Shown here: piece by piece, positions 1 through 12,476 of the stretch
Position numbering within the stretch: the stretch's first letter is position 1
How the letters are laid out: every line of letters starts with the position of its first letter
NCBI RefSeq assembly: GCF_011386835.1
Contig: NC_088794.1
Location: 132,990,001-133,054,000, forward strand
Reading direction: 5' to 3'
DNA from: Chrysemys picta bellii
Lineage: Eukaryota
DNA length: 64,000 nt
The notes under the pieces: generated by a model
Told to the model about the DNA's origin: nothing
The model's database searches: none
The model's input: only the letters and a program-made list of their open reading frames with translations
Program-made: the position numbers and the translations under genes

Positions 1-857
1 AATGATTCACTGCAACTTTCTCGTTCAATTTTGATTGAACTATTTCATTCTGACTTTTATATACTATTTTATTATATTTGTATGCTGCATTAAATATTAA
101 ATACATATTATATTACAACATTTCATCATTATCAAAACAAAACAATTGGGCATTATCAAAACAGAACATTTTGATCATTCTTAAGCTTAATTTTTCAAAA
201 TTTGTATTTTGTGGGAAATTTAGAAACTTCAGCATTTTGTTCTGATTTGGAATGAAAACTTTTCAAAAAGGTCAGAATTTCCCATAGAACAGAATTCCAT
301 TTGCCATTAGTCTCAGATTGAGACCATTGCTCAGGGCTTGCTTCTGTACAAAGGGATGAAAAGGAAGGACTCAATCATACCATTGTAAGCTCTCCGAGTG
401 CATTCTCACCTGGGGCCAACTTATTGGCCTCTATTGTGGTCGTTTTTGTTCTGTGCTGGAGGTGTAAAAATGTATGCGATCCTTTGTAGCTGCTCTGCCA
501 AACAAAATACGGGAGTGAGCTCTGAATGAAGGAGCTGAGCGTAGCATGGGATGGCGAGTTATTCACCAAGCTAGAGTACTGAGACAGCATATCTAGAATG
601 GAAAGACCAGGGTCATGAAGATGGAAAGGGTGAAGCAGAATGATACAAAACCGGACAAAAGGGACAAATGAGGATGTAGCAAGAGAATTTGGCCCCTATG
701 TGCTGATGTTCATCTTCAGGGGGAAACTAACTTTTCAGCACCTCAGAGGTTTGATTAATCAAGGCTTAGAAAACTGAAGTTCCACTGTAATCTCCATTCA
801 GTTGCCCTTTCCTTCTCATTTACCCGTATCCTGTACAGTTGCTTTACTAGCTTCTGC

Positions 858-1034
858 AGGGATAGCTCAGTGGTTTGACATTGGCCTATTAAACCCAGGG
901 TTGTGAGTTCAATCCTTGAGGGGGCCATTTAGGGAACTGGGATATAAATCTGTCTGGGGATTGGTCCTGCTTTGAGCAGGGGGTTGGACTAGTGACCTCT
1001 TGAGGTCCCTTCCAACCCGGATAGTCTATGATAC
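858..1034 (+). mobile_element. tRNA-derived tortoise PolIII/Cry-type SINE with CR1-derived 3' tail
   Basis: tRNA-like head GGGATAGCTCAGTGGTTTGA (A box) ... GTGAGTTCAATCC (B box), followed by a tail GGTCCTGC...GGACTAG..GACCTC..GAGGTCCCTTCCA...CTATGAT resembling the CR1 3' end at 49440-49518. Confidence 0.9.
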
Positions 1035-1173
1035 TTGCCAGCCACACCCACAGAAGGGCCACTGAAAAATTACCAACTAAAATGCTGCCAAAGTTAACAG
1101 TTAGTAATAAAAAGTAACTTAATGAAAGAAAAAAATGCAGTAGCGGATGCTCTTTTAGACAGTGTGAAATACT

Positions 1174-1200
1174 AAATAAATAATAAATAATAATAATAAT
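1174..1200. repeat. (AAT)n/(AAAT)n microsatellite
   Basis: AAATAAATAATAAATAATAATAATAAT read directly. Confidence 0.85.
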
Positions 1201-1854
1201 AGTTAAAATGGTGTGACATCATAATTCAGGCCATTATTATATTGTAAGAAACATTGCCTTGAATAATAATATAGCTTCAAAATACACTCAAGACTTTGAG
1301 TCAGATCAGACTCCAGTCATTTCTTTATCAGCTTTATATGATCACCCTTATCAGTACTGTACAATAAACCCATCAGATCTCTGTTTTAATTCTTAAAATA
1401 AGGTGTTCTTGACTCTTTCCATAACAGATTGATTCCTCTTGCTATCAAACCAATTTTATTTATCCTTTTAGGCTAGGATTTTCAAAAGAACCTAAGGAAT
1501 TGAGTGCTCAACTCCCACTGACTCTTAATTGGATTTGGGCACTTACCTCCTTTCGACTCCTTTGAAAAATCCTTCCTGATAAAGTCAATTGCTTTTTAGC
1601 CCTGATCTACCCAAACAACAAAAAGGTAGCTAGAACAGGTGTGCCCATTATGATAAAAAGCATTTTATCATCCTTTCTGTATTTCCCAGCCTTATTATTT
1701 AAAAACTTTTATTAATTTCCTTTGCATCACAAAAATGAACATGAGAAATTCAGTCACAAAATAATATTTTTACAAATAGTTATAATTGCAAATAAGAGCT
1801 TAGAATGGAATGGTTCCTCCAACCTTAAATTATGGAGTTGCGATTACCGCTCGG

Positions 1855-2010
1855 TAGAATCACAGAACTTAGAGATAGAAAAGAATTCTTACACCCTCCA
1901 ATCTAACAATACGGTATTGTTCCCTAAGGTATGTTTTATGGTGTTTTGTCCTGTCTGAAAAGTCCCAGCAATAAGAGTTCCCCTTGAAAGACTATCCTAC
2001 AGTCTAATGC
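1855..2010 (-). mobile_element. old CR1 LINE 3' fragment
   Basis: AGAATCACAGAA tail-like motif followed by sequence resembling the reverse complement of a CR1 3' end; heavily diverged. Confidence 0.45.
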
Positions 2011-2469
2011 TTCTCAGTTTCAGAAATACACCACAACATGGCTTAGTCCTACAGCCCCACCACTCCAGTGCAATAAATGACTGCAGGATCAAGTCTTTAT
2101 TTAATTCTGGTCCATGCTTAGGGGCAGAGCCACAGCTAATGTAAATCAGGGTAGCTCCTGACTTCAGTGAAACTAATTTACACCATTCATATACTTGTCA
2201 ACTTTTACCCTGCTCCCCCAAGTCAAATTGGGCTCATTTGGGCTCCAATCTAGCAATGCACTTAAGCACATGCTTAATTTTGAGCACATCAGTAGCGCCA
2301 CTGAAGCCACCTGGTAGAGACAGCTAATGCGGTTACAAAGGGAGTGGTGGGAGTCAATAGGACTATTCATGTGCTTAAAGTTAACCATGGATGTAAGTAC
2401 TTTGCTGGATCAGAGCCTTAATCTTTCTTTCTAAGACAGTTTTTCCAATCCCATGGATCATTTTTGTTG

Positions 2470-3110
2470 CAATTGTCCAAACTCTCTCCAATTTGTCAAT
2501 AACTTTCTGGTAATATTGAGCCCACAATTGAATGCAACATTACCAGAATCTTACCGGTGGAGTATTTTCTCCCTGCTCTGAGAGATGATGTCTTTACCTA
2601 TACAGCCTATTTCACATTGCAAACTCATATCTAATTTGCTGTCCACTACTGTCCCTATTTCCCCCTTCTAATAAGTTTATACATTTCAGATTATTTTTCT
2701 TCAGATGCTGGCATTGTTTCATGCTAAACCACATTATATTTTGTACCCATGTTTCTAATATGCTTAGGTCACTTTGTGTTATTTCTCTGATGACTGTTGC
2801 TTGCATCTCCTCTTGGCTTAGTATCATCAGAAAATTTTACTCTTGTGCTGTTTACGTCCTCTTAATCAAGACATTAAATAGAACCAGACCTAACGACAGT
2901 CCTTGCCATACCCACAAGCCATCTCCACCAACTTCGATACATTGCAATTTATCATTACCCTTCTCTTCAGCCAGTTTCAGCCCACATGACGGCGTTCCTA
3001 TCCAAAACAATTTAAGTTCATTTTTCAAGACTTCATGAGTCAGTATCAAATACTTTAGTCAAATCCAGATATATTACATCTACAACATTCTCTTTATCCA
3101 CTACGGGCCT
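2470..3110 (-). mobile_element. old CR1 LINE ORF2 (RT) fragments
   Basis: reverse-strand remnants such as TCAAATACTTTAGTCAAATCCAGATATATTACATCTAC (VDVIYLDxxKxFD-like) and CACAATTGAATGCAACATTACCAG (LxYCxQxW-like). Confidence 0.55.
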
Positions 3111-3413
3111 GCTCTTATATATACTCTATTGGCTGACCTATTTGTCTATCTGTTCACATACCATGCTCATTACATTGGTATCCGAACACTTTCATATTGA
3201 CATCAGTGGGAGTTCCCTTCATGGAAGTATCTATAGGATTGAACCCTAATTCTATTTTTTTTAAATCTGGTTTATTTGGCAAGATTCATACCATTCTAAA
3301 CCTAAGTTGCTTATTGTTCATGGTCCTCTTATTCTCTATTCCTCCCTTGACATGGGTGAAACTCCATCAAGACACAAGATGAGAAGGATTTAGCCCTAGA
3401 GGTTTACAACCGT

Positions 3414-4630
3414 TTCATAGATTCATAGAGTTTAAGGCCATAAGGGACCACTAAATCATTTAGTCTGTTAAATTGCACCCAGTTACCCCTGGATTGAGTC
3501 CAATAACTTGCATTTGGCTAAAGCATATCTTCCAGAAAGACCTCCAGTCTTGATTTGAAGACATTGAGAGAGAGAATCCACCACTTCCTTGGGTAGCTTG
3601 TTCCAATAGTTAATAATCCTCACTATTAAAAATGTGTGCCTCATTTCTAATTTGAATTTTTCTGGCTTCAGCTTCCAGCCACTGGCTTGTGTTATGCCTC
3701 TCTGCTAAGTTAAAGAGCCCTTTGGTACCCAGTATTTTTTCCCCTTTAAAGGTACTTGTATACTGTAATCAGGTCACCTCTCAATCTTCTTTTTGATAAG
3801 CTACACAGACCAAGCACTTTAAGTGTCTTGCTCTGCAGCATTTCCACCAGCCCTTGCACCATTTTGCCATATACCAGAGGTAAAATCATTTCCCTACTCC
3901 TCTGTTGCTACATCCAAGGGTCACCTTTGTCCTTTTCGCCTCATCATTGCACTGGGAGCTCACGTTCCATGTAACATGAGGTAACACCATTCAATGACTG
4001 GAAGTTGAAACTAAACAGATTCAGACTGGAAATAAGGCATACATTTTTAAGAGTGCGTAATTAACCAGTGGAATAATTTACCAAGAGTCGTGGTGGATTC
4101 TCCATCAATGACCATTTTAAAATCAAGATTGGATGTTTTTCCTAGTAGGAATTATTTTGGGGAAGTTCTATAGCCTGTGCTATACAGGAGGTCAGACTAG
4201 ATGGTCCCTTCTGGCCTTGGAATCTATGTTCATTCACTTGCCCACTATGACCCCTAAATCCTTTTCAGAACACGCTGTGGCCTGTGTTCCTTGTTCCTAG
4301 ATGTATGACCTTGCATTTGGCTGTACTAAAATGCACTTTGTTTGAACGGGCCCAACTTACCAAGCGATCCAGATCATTCTTTATGACTGCCCTGTCCTCC
4401 TAATTATTAATCCCTCCACCAATCTTTGTCTCATCCTCCAATTTTATCAGCAGTGATTTTCTATTTATTTCCAGACCATTGATGAAAATGTTGCATACTG
4501 CCAGGCTTAGTACCAGTCCTTGCGGAACTTCACTAGAAACACCCACATTCAATGAGGAGTCTCCATTGACAATAACTCTTTGAGATCTGTCAGTTAGCCA
4601 ATTCAGAATAACATTGTGCTGATTTTGAAA
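3414..4630 (-). mobile_element. CR1 LINE 3' portion, interrupted by an opposite-strand CR1 at about 3985-4228
   Basis: CATAGATTCATAGAG tail repeats at the left end; CR1 ORF2 C-terminal and RT sequence resumes after 4229 (ATGACCCCTAAATCC...CCATTGATGAAAATGTTG). Confidence 0.85.
3985..4228 (+). mobile_element. 5'-truncated CR1 LINE 3' end inserted into another CR1
   Basis: GGAAGTTGAAACTAAACAGATTCAGACTGGAAATAAGG (KLxxxxFRLEIR) ... GGTCCCTTCTGGCCTTGGAATCTATG tail. Confidence 0.85.
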
Positions 4631-4850
4631 TATGGGTGCCTATACCAAATAGGCTTATTTGCAACAAGGGCTCTGTGGGCAGTCAACTGCAGGATCAGGG
4701 CCCTGGAAGCTTAACTTTTGCTCTTCTTTCTTTGTGCAAGCCTATCTTTGCAGCCAGTTTTTTTAAATATATAATTTTTTCCCCCCATCCACCAAGAGTG
4801 AAATGTGCTTTCAGTCTGGGGGACTTGTCCTTCAGACTAAGGAGAACACC

Positions 4851-4872
4851 AGAGAGAGAGAGAGAGAGAGAG
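4851..4872. repeat. (AG)11 microsatellite
   Basis: direct read. Confidence 0.95.
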
Positions 4873-7177
4873 AACGAACAAGACTTCCAGCACTGCTCCT
4901 AGTAGGCAGGCACAGGGCAATACTCAAACTTTTACATAGCCACATACGCCCTCACCACTAGTTTCAGACCACTCCTACTTTATAAATGGACTTTTCTTTT
5001 CCCTGACACTCCTTCTCCCCCCTCCCCCATATATTTGTAGAAGCTCTTATCACCTGTCAATTCTTTTGCTCCCCTTGGCTTTTCCCTGCAACCTTAAATG
5101 ACTAAAGATTCTTGTTTGCTTGCCTCCTCTCCCTCCCCAGTGTATTTAACCTCAGGACAGGAAGCAGAGCATATCTAGCATGGAATACATGTCCAACAGT
5201 GGCAGCAATGGGTTTCTAACCAGCCTGTTTCCCTACCTGCCTCCTCCTTTCTCTTGGTCAAACAAGCAACTTTACTTTCGACTCATTTCTAGCTTGTCCC
5301 TGTTGTTCCTCACATACTTGTTTTTGCCACCAGCGCATGTGGCTGACAGAAAATGCAACTCCTCAATTAGACTCCGAGGAGCATGCTGGGAATGACAGGG
5401 CAGTTTGAAGATTTCTGAGCTAAACTGGGTTATTGTAACTGACAAGACTTCCAGTAAACAAGTCTGGAAATATCAGAATCCCCTGCTCCCCGTCGAGAAG
5501 GCCAAATTAGAAAGAGCTAAGATTTCTAATTTCTATTGTGACTCATGCCCATGCTGAGCACATGGTTGATGAGGTCAGCGACAAGGGTTGCTGTGTTTGG
5601 GCTATAGAAAAAAAATGGACTCCGCTACATGATAAAACAGCCAGAGCAGATTTAAAAGGAGGAAGAGTGCAGAAACCACAAAGGCCCATCAATCACAGCA
5701 GGAAAGCAGAGGAGATTGGATCATTCTTCTTGGAAGATTAATCAGAGACAAGTCACAAGGGACATTTTGCACTTCCATTCACCTACCCTTTCTATTCCTT
5801 AAACATATGCTCTCTTCCCCCCCGGAATGTTAAACAAAATCACTTATTCTGCTCAGTTTAAGTGAAAGTTTAATCCCACAGGGTTAGAATCATTTCTCAT
5901 CTCAGAGTTTACAGTCCCAGTTTGAAAATAAAGGGTTTGATCCTAGAAAACCCTATTGACCTGAGAAGTCCTTACTCATATTAGCATTCCTATTGACACA
6001 GCAACCCCAGTTCAGGATGACCCTAGTCAGGACAGTTAAGCACATACTTAGCTTTTAAGCACATGCTTAATTCTCATCAAAGCCAATGTAACCTAGCCAT
6101 GTGCTTAAGTCAACAAAGGTTTGCAGGATGGGACTAAAACTATCACGTAGGATTGCTGACTCTATTACCACAGGTGGCCAATGTTTTTTATTTATTAAAC
6201 AAAGTGACATCATTTATGACACCAGCTGAATATAGAGCCCACTGAGAGAGAAATGACAAAATCTCCATCCTACTTTGGCCACTGGGGAAAAGAGCTGTAA
6301 TGTTTAATATGTAACACAATGTTCAATTTTAAATGCTGATTGTTAAGTACCAAAGCAGGATAGAGACATACTTTACAGTCTATTGCATTGGACTTCTTTT
6401 CAGCAGGATGGTCTCTGCCAACAGCAGGTTCAGAACTGCCAGTTCTAATTAAAAACTTTATTTTAAAGATACATTTCACCGTTTATTCATGAGAGTAAGT
6501 GCTTCTCACTCTCAGAACTTTTAAATTGCTGGATTGAGCAGAGGGTACAGTTTCCTTTTTAGTGATTCCCAAGTAATGGCTGTAGCTAATTGTTCTAGCA
6601 AGTCAGGATTGATGTTCTGTGCCTGTTCAAGTCACTTTGCTTTTATCGATTATTCATTTAGTGTAGACTTTCTAAGCTCTCTCCATTTCTTTGCCAATGG
6701 TTTAAATGGGAGGTTACTAACCATTTTCTTTTCCTTTGTAATGTTATAGTAGATGAGTTTAACATGGACAAGGATTATAATAGCTTCAGCAATTTCGATT
6801 AGAAAGCCCTTCTGCAGCCTCAGTTATACCGAATATGCAGCTCAGACGATTTCCATTGGAAATTCTGGTAACGTAGTATTGTGAAATCTGTATTTTGTAA
6901 GCTTATTCCATGGTGCAAACAACCGGGAAAACATTCTGATGACCTTTGCATCTCATTCTGATGGCCAACTCTCTGCCTTAAAGGGGAGGAGAGGGTGAAA
7001 TCTTTATTTGCCTGTTAGAGTCAGTATGAACATTTCTTATAAATACCAGAACTAACAGTAAACAGCTTGTAAAAATACCAGCTATGGAAATATTTCGCTC
7101 ATAAATCACCAGTTTTTGCTTTGGGTTACACCCATGCAGGTTCAGGGTCTGCAGTCAAGTTGCATGAAGATAAGTGA

Positions 7178-7340
7178 GATTCAGAGATTCCAAGGCCACA
7201 ACCGACCACTGTGTTCTTCTAGTCTGGCCTCCTGCATGGCACAGGTCAGAGAACGTCCCCGTAATAATTTGTATTTGAATTAGAGCATCTTTTAGAAAAA
7301 CATCCAATATTGATTTTAAAATGGTCAGTGAGTAGAACAG
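7178..7340 (-). mobile_element. CR1 LINE 3' fragment
   Basis: GATTCAGAGATTCCAAGGCCA...TCTAGTCTGGCCTCCTGCATGGCACAGG...AAAACATCCAATATTGATTTTAAAATGGTC is the reverse complement of the same tail type as 3985-4228. Confidence 0.75.
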
Positions 7341-7944
7341 AATATAGTCTGAATCTCTCTCCCATTGGATGATTGTTGTGATTTCTCAAAAAGCTGTTAT
7401 ATAGTGTATGTATCTACCCAATAAGTATGTGATTATATTAAACAACAAACTAATGTCAGCCCATTTTTAAAAGTTATCCTGTATCCTTTCAGAAGATTTT
7501 TAAAACCTGACCAAATTTAGTATCAAGTGATGCAATGCTGGATCATATCTCCATTTTAGCACTTATATTTTCTGGGGTTAAAGGCAATAAATAGTTTTCT
7601 TTCTCCTCTCCAGTATATAACTCAATAACCACCATGTGATACTTACAAAGAATGAAGCCTTACAATAAATTTAACATTGACAGACCCATACTAGTTAATT
7701 GTGATTTAAATCGCTCTATGACTCTGTACTTGGACATTGATATTAGGACATCTCAATTATTTTACTAAACAAATGCCTGTATTTATATAACAGATTTATA
7801 TTTACCCAAAGATTTCAATGTACAATACACAGTAGGGATTTGCAAAGATTTTTATTAGCATAGACCACATCTTAACAGAGAAACTCTGCCATGGAGCCCT
7901 CCCTTCCTCTTTGTGATGGTCAGGCCACCTCCTGCTTTTGATGA

Positions 7945-8735
7945 TTGAAGAACAGTCCTATTCTATATAGGTTTTTATACCACACATCACCTGAGTATCT
8001 GAGAACCTTCCAGCAGTGCATTAAGCAATGTGACTACACATCTGTCATGTGTTTGTTCTCTCATCCTCATCCCAGAGGGCGCAGCATGTGAAGCAAAGCA
8101 TCTTGTTTTGGTACATTTTTTACTTTGTGTTGTTAAATATACCTGTTGCTATGTGTGTCGAATAGAGAAGGCAAGGTCAAAGAAATGCGACTTGCACTTG
8201 AAGCAGAAAGTAGTGAGGTCTGTGATAGTCCTTGATTGCTCAGGGCTTTCATTACAACATTATATTGGATCACTCCGGAAAAGGTTCTGTCTCTTGCACA
8301 GATGCGCTTTACCCTTATTGCCGAGAGTTCCATTTTGCCAGAGGAGTGAAGCAGAGGGGCCACACTTTTCCTCCCCGAGCTTTAGACAATCTTTTAGATA
8401 TCCTGGGCCCAAAATAGAGTATTTTGAATAGAAGGACTGAGACCTTAAACCTGATTTGAAGTTCTATGGGAAGTCAGTGTAGAGAGCAGAGGACAGATGT
8501 GATGTGCTCACAATAGCCTGTGTTGCGAAGAAGACATACTGAAACATTTTGTACTAGCTGGAGTTTCCCAAGCACTGAAGGCTTCATGCATTGCTGTAAT
8601 CCAGCCAAGAGATAACGAAGGCATGAATAACTGAGGCCAGGTCTTCGTTGGCCAGGATGGGACAGAGTCTCCTAGCCAACCAGAAACAGTAGAAAGTATT
8701 ACTCGTGGCCATTGCAATGTAAGAGCTCAGAAGCA
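7945..8735 (-). mobile_element. L2-clade LINE 3' portion
   Basis: reverse complement of 8500-8720 aligns by eye (roughly 80%) to the L2 RT at 11495-12050; the ORF track gives ILSTVSGWLGDSVPSWPTKTWPQ vs MLSTISAWLGNSIPSWWTKIWPQ; the tail near 7960-8010 matches 12865-12930. Confidence 0.8.
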
Positions 8736-8738
8736 GGT

Positions 8739-9248
8739 TGTTACAGTCAGGTCATAGGCAGTCAGACCTAGTGCTCAGAGCCGGGATCCACAGTCATGGG
8801 ATGAGAATCAAGATCCAGATAGGTCAGGATACTAGGAGTTCAGTAACAGGAAATAAACTTGATAGAAGAATCATGAATTGGTAATCAGAGCCAGGCTAGG
8901 TTGGGATACCAGCGGGTCAGAGGCAGATGACAAACGAGATCAGAACCACAAGACAAACACCAGGAGTCAAGCCAGGTCAGAAGCCAGGAAATCAAGCCAG
9001 CGAAGGGGAGCAGAGTGAATCCCAGTTGCATGGACAACTTCCTGTTCCTGTGCTGGGGGTTTATATAGGAACTGTGGATCAATCAGGATCCCCAACAGTC
9101 TGCCAGTCAGGTTCAAGGACTGGAGTCCTCCATTATGGTTCAGGGCTTCTGCCCTAGTAACTATTAGCAGGTCACTGGGTGGCAGTGTTGAGCTTACTAG
9201 TACTTAAGAGTCCTGTGTTCCAGGGATCAAGACCCGTGGTCCACGACA
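8739..9248. mobile_element. solo LTR (Gypsy/ERV-like)
   Basis: TG...CA ends, flanks CAGGT/CAAGT (4/5 match, TSD-like), degenerate internal AGTCAG/AGCCAG repeats, TATA-like TTTATATAG and CAATCAG box; resembles 53673-54405. Confidence 0.65.
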
Positions 9249-9334
9249 CAAGTACAGCAATTGCTTATGTATTAAATAAATTGCATTATAAGAAGCTAAA
9301 ATAGTAACTGTTGGAATAATAGAGTCAATATTAT

Positions 9335-9417
9335 GTGACCAGCCAGTTCTCCATGGGCCACCAGCAATTGTTCCACAGACCAGAGGTGGTCCACAGACAA
9401 CAGATTGAAAGCCACTG
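9335..9417 (-). mobile_element. hAT-Charlie-like MITE end fragment
   Basis: terminates in TTGAAAGCCACTG (CAGTGGCTTTCAA-type TIR); resembles the start of 36167-36433 in reverse. Confidence 0.5.
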
Positions 9418-9554
9418 ATATATAGAGATGACATGCTTCATAGACAGCATAAATGGCTAAAAAAGTTCTACTCCTCACCCATATCTTTTTCCAGTGAAGA
9501 GATGGATCAGGATCTTATTGTTGGATAAAGGCATAGCTAGAGTTTGGTCTAAGA

Positions 9555-9805
9555 GAAGGTCTACACAGAAGCTGGGAGTGTTCCCAGCACAGATAGACAG
9601 ACACGCTAGCTCTGTTTGGACTAGCACACTAAAAATAGCAGTGTGGCTGCAGTGGCATGAGCAGCCGCTTGGGCTAGCCACCCGAGTACACAGCCAGGGG
9701 GTTGGGTGGGATTCAATATGAGTGGCTAGATTGTGCTGCTGCCCTTGCCTCTGCAGTCACATTGCTATTGTTAGCATGCTAACTCAAGCAGAGCTAGCAT
9801 GTGTC
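9555..9805. mobile_element. Harbinger-type palindromic MITE remnant
   Basis: GGTCTACAC TIR-like motif at about 9558 and internal inverted repeat GACACGCTAGCTCTG ... CAGAGCTAGCATGTGTC. Confidence 0.6.
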
Positions 9806-10289
9806 AATCCAACCAACCCTGGGGCACGGGGCAGAGTCTGGCCCAGTATCTTGAGGATTTTAAAATTATGATCATGTGTGATTGGCAATGCAATAGATAT
9901 GCAGAATTGGTGAAATTCAGCCCTGTGCAGAGAACAAACACAAAGCCTTGGTAAAATTTCATGAGAACAGTAATAGGCAGGAAAATCTCTTAGATAAAAC
10001 AATGCATAAATATTTTCCATATGTATATTCTGCATGTATTTAACAAGAAATGCTGGTGTCAGACCAACCTCAGTTGTTTCAACCACTGATTAGAATACAT
10101 TATGCAAGAATGAATGAAGTGGTTTATCATTTACTACATATAAGCAAAGATATACATTTCTGGATACAACTAGAGTACATCAGTAGATGTTCCAGTACAC
10201 TACACTTCCAGCATTTAATTGTCTGTAAAGCCACATTAGAATAGATGTAATGAGGGCCTGTTAATTCATTGTAGATTGTTGCACTTTAA

Positions 10290-10524
10290 GACCCAGTCTA
10301 CACTGGGAAATAGGAAAAATCCACAACTGAGTGACGCAGTTAAATGTACCTAACCCCAGGTGTAGACAGTGCTGGGTCAACAGGAGACTTCTCCCATCGA
10401 CCTAGCTACTTCCTCTTTGGGAGGTGGATTACCTACACCGACAGGAGAATTCCTCCCATCAGCATAGGTAACATCTCCACTGAAGTGCTACAGCTGCACC
10501 GCTGCTTTAAGTGTAGACAAGCCC
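10290..10524. mobile_element. PIF/Harbinger MITE
   Basis: TIRs GACCCAGTCTACACT / AGTGTAGACAAGCCC; 3-bp flanks TAA/TAG. Confidence 0.8.
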
Positions 10525-11564
10525 TAGCTCTTGCCTTCCTCACTCTCCTTTGAGGGAAAGCTAAAATGCTTGGCAGTTGGTTGGGCCTGCTCCTACTGAA
10601 GTCATTGGCAAGATTTCCATCGATTTCAATGGAGCGGAAGAGATTCCTTGTCACTGAAAAAAAAAGAAAATCACATTCAATTCATTTTACCATCTCTAAC
10701 AGAGTGGAAAGCAGATCATGGGTATGATGCTTCCAATAATAAAGGAACTATAAATAAAGGAAATGGGATGTAGCTGATGGTTTTAGTGTAAGTTGAGCTG
10801 AAGTAATAATGACTTATAAAGCACGATTCTTGTCTGATGCACAGCCAGCATATGATGCTTCACAGGAATAATGTAACATCATACTTCTGTAAAAGGTTAA
10901 CAGGCTGATTCTCGTCTTACTTACATGGTTGTAAATCAGGAGATAACATTTGTACAGTTCCATTCGCTTCAGTGGAGTTAAAGTCTTGAAAAGAGAATCA
11001 GGCCTAAGGATTTATTTTAGCTTGGCCATGAAAATAAAACGTTATCTAGTCTCTGAACCTCATATACTCAAGTGGTTCGAATCCTTCTGGGACAACAGTC
11101 CCAACAAGTAGTGATGAGAAGCTGCACCTTCAACACTAGACCCCTGGTTTATGTAGTTCCACAAGGATCATTTCTCTTTCTGGTCCTTTTCAGCATCTAC
11201 ATACAATGACTGAGTGAACAGGTCAGACAACATGGACTCAAGAACCAGCAATATGCTCTACCCAACCTTCACCACATACGACCACATCATTACTACCATG
11301 ACGGCCCAGTGCTTGGATGAGATCAGTTCCTGGCTGAAGCTGAATCTGAGCAAGACAGAGGTGATGTTGGTCAGAGTAAGGTATTTTGAAGCGCTTGCAA
11401 CCACCGTGCACAACTGGTCAATTCAGTCTATAGTCTAGGAGCACTCTTGGATTCCTTCCTGCTATTGAACTCTCACATAGCAGCATCTGAAAGGAATGCT
11501 TTCTACCATCTCCGCTTGGCTAGGAAACTCCATCCCATCCTGGTGGACAAAGATCTGGCCTCAG

Positions 11565-11940
11565 CACAGGCACCAACTTTCTGATTTCCTTGGGGGTGCT
11601 CCACCCCTACCCCATCTCAGGCCCCACACCCCCAGTCCACCCCTTCCCCCCCTCCCATCTCTTCCCATCCCTGCTGTGCCTCCACCCCACTTCTTCCTGT
11701 CCCATTCTGTCTCCATCCCCAAGCCCGCTTCACCCTCACTCTGCCTCTTCCTGTCCCCGCTCCTCCCCCCCTCCATTGCCTCCTGCCTGCCACTGAACAG
11801 CTGATCAGCAGCGGGCGTGAGGCACTGGGGGAGAGGGGGAGGAGCTGATCGGTGGGGCCCACCAGTGGGTGCTCAGCATCCACTACTTTTTTTCCTGTGG
11901 GTGCTCCAGCCCCAGAGCACCCACAGAGTCCACGCCTATG
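11565..11940. mobile_element. non-autonomous hAT (Tip100-like) with C-rich interior
   Basis: TIRs CACAGGCACCAAC / GTCCACGCCTATG; 8-bp TSD GGCCTCAG/GGTCTCAG; the L2 sequence rejoins across it. Confidence 0.85.
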
Positions 11941-12179
11941 GGTCTCAGTTATTCATGCCTTTATCACCTGTAATCCAAACAAGAACAATGTGATATACCT
12001 GGGCATGAAGCCTTCAGTGCTGAGGAAACTCCAATCAGTACAGAACGCTGCAGCACTGTCCTCTCTCGCTCTCTCTCGACTGGCTTCCCATAGAATATCA
12101 AATCAAGTTCAAGGTCTCAGTCCTTCTCTTCAAAATGCTGGATGGCTTGGCTCCAGGACATCTAAAAGATCATCTAACA

Positions 12180-12476
12180 CAGTGATTCTCAGCCTTTCCA
12201 GACTACTGTACCCCTTTCAGGAGTCAGGTTTGTCTTTCATATCCCCAAATTTCACCTCACTTAAAAACTACTTGCTTACAAAATCACACATAAAAGTAAG
12301 TGTCACAGCACTATTGCTGAAAAATTGCTTACTTTCTCATTTTATCTGTATGAATTATGAAATTCGCTAGTGCTTTTGATGTAACCTGTTGTAAAACTAG
12401 GCAAATGTCCAGTGATGAGTTGATGTGTCCCCTGTATACTCCCAGGGGTACACATACCCCTGGTTGAGAACCACTG
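12180..12476. mobile_element. hAT-Charlie-like MITE
   Basis: TIRs CAGTGATTCTCAGCC / GGTTGAGAACCACTG; flanks ATCTAACA/ATCTAAAG. Confidence 0.8.

Noticed and set aside
858-940. tRNA-like sequence with A and B boxes (also 31690-31766)
   Set aside because: It continues directly into a CR1-type tail; this is a SINE head, not a tRNA gene.
5180-5741. ORFs with a hydrophobic stretch (MEYMSNSG...) near an AP-1 site TGACTCA
   Set aside because: Short, no recognisable family, no convincing splice or promoter context; single motifs occur by chance.
6960-7120. TGACCTTTG, TATAAATA and GTAAACA motifs suggesting a promoter
   Set aside because: The first downstream ATG closes after 6 codons and no exon structure follows; motif evidence alone is too weak.
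8030-8431. 133-aa plus-strand ORF
   Set aside because: It is antisense to an L2 3' region; incidental.
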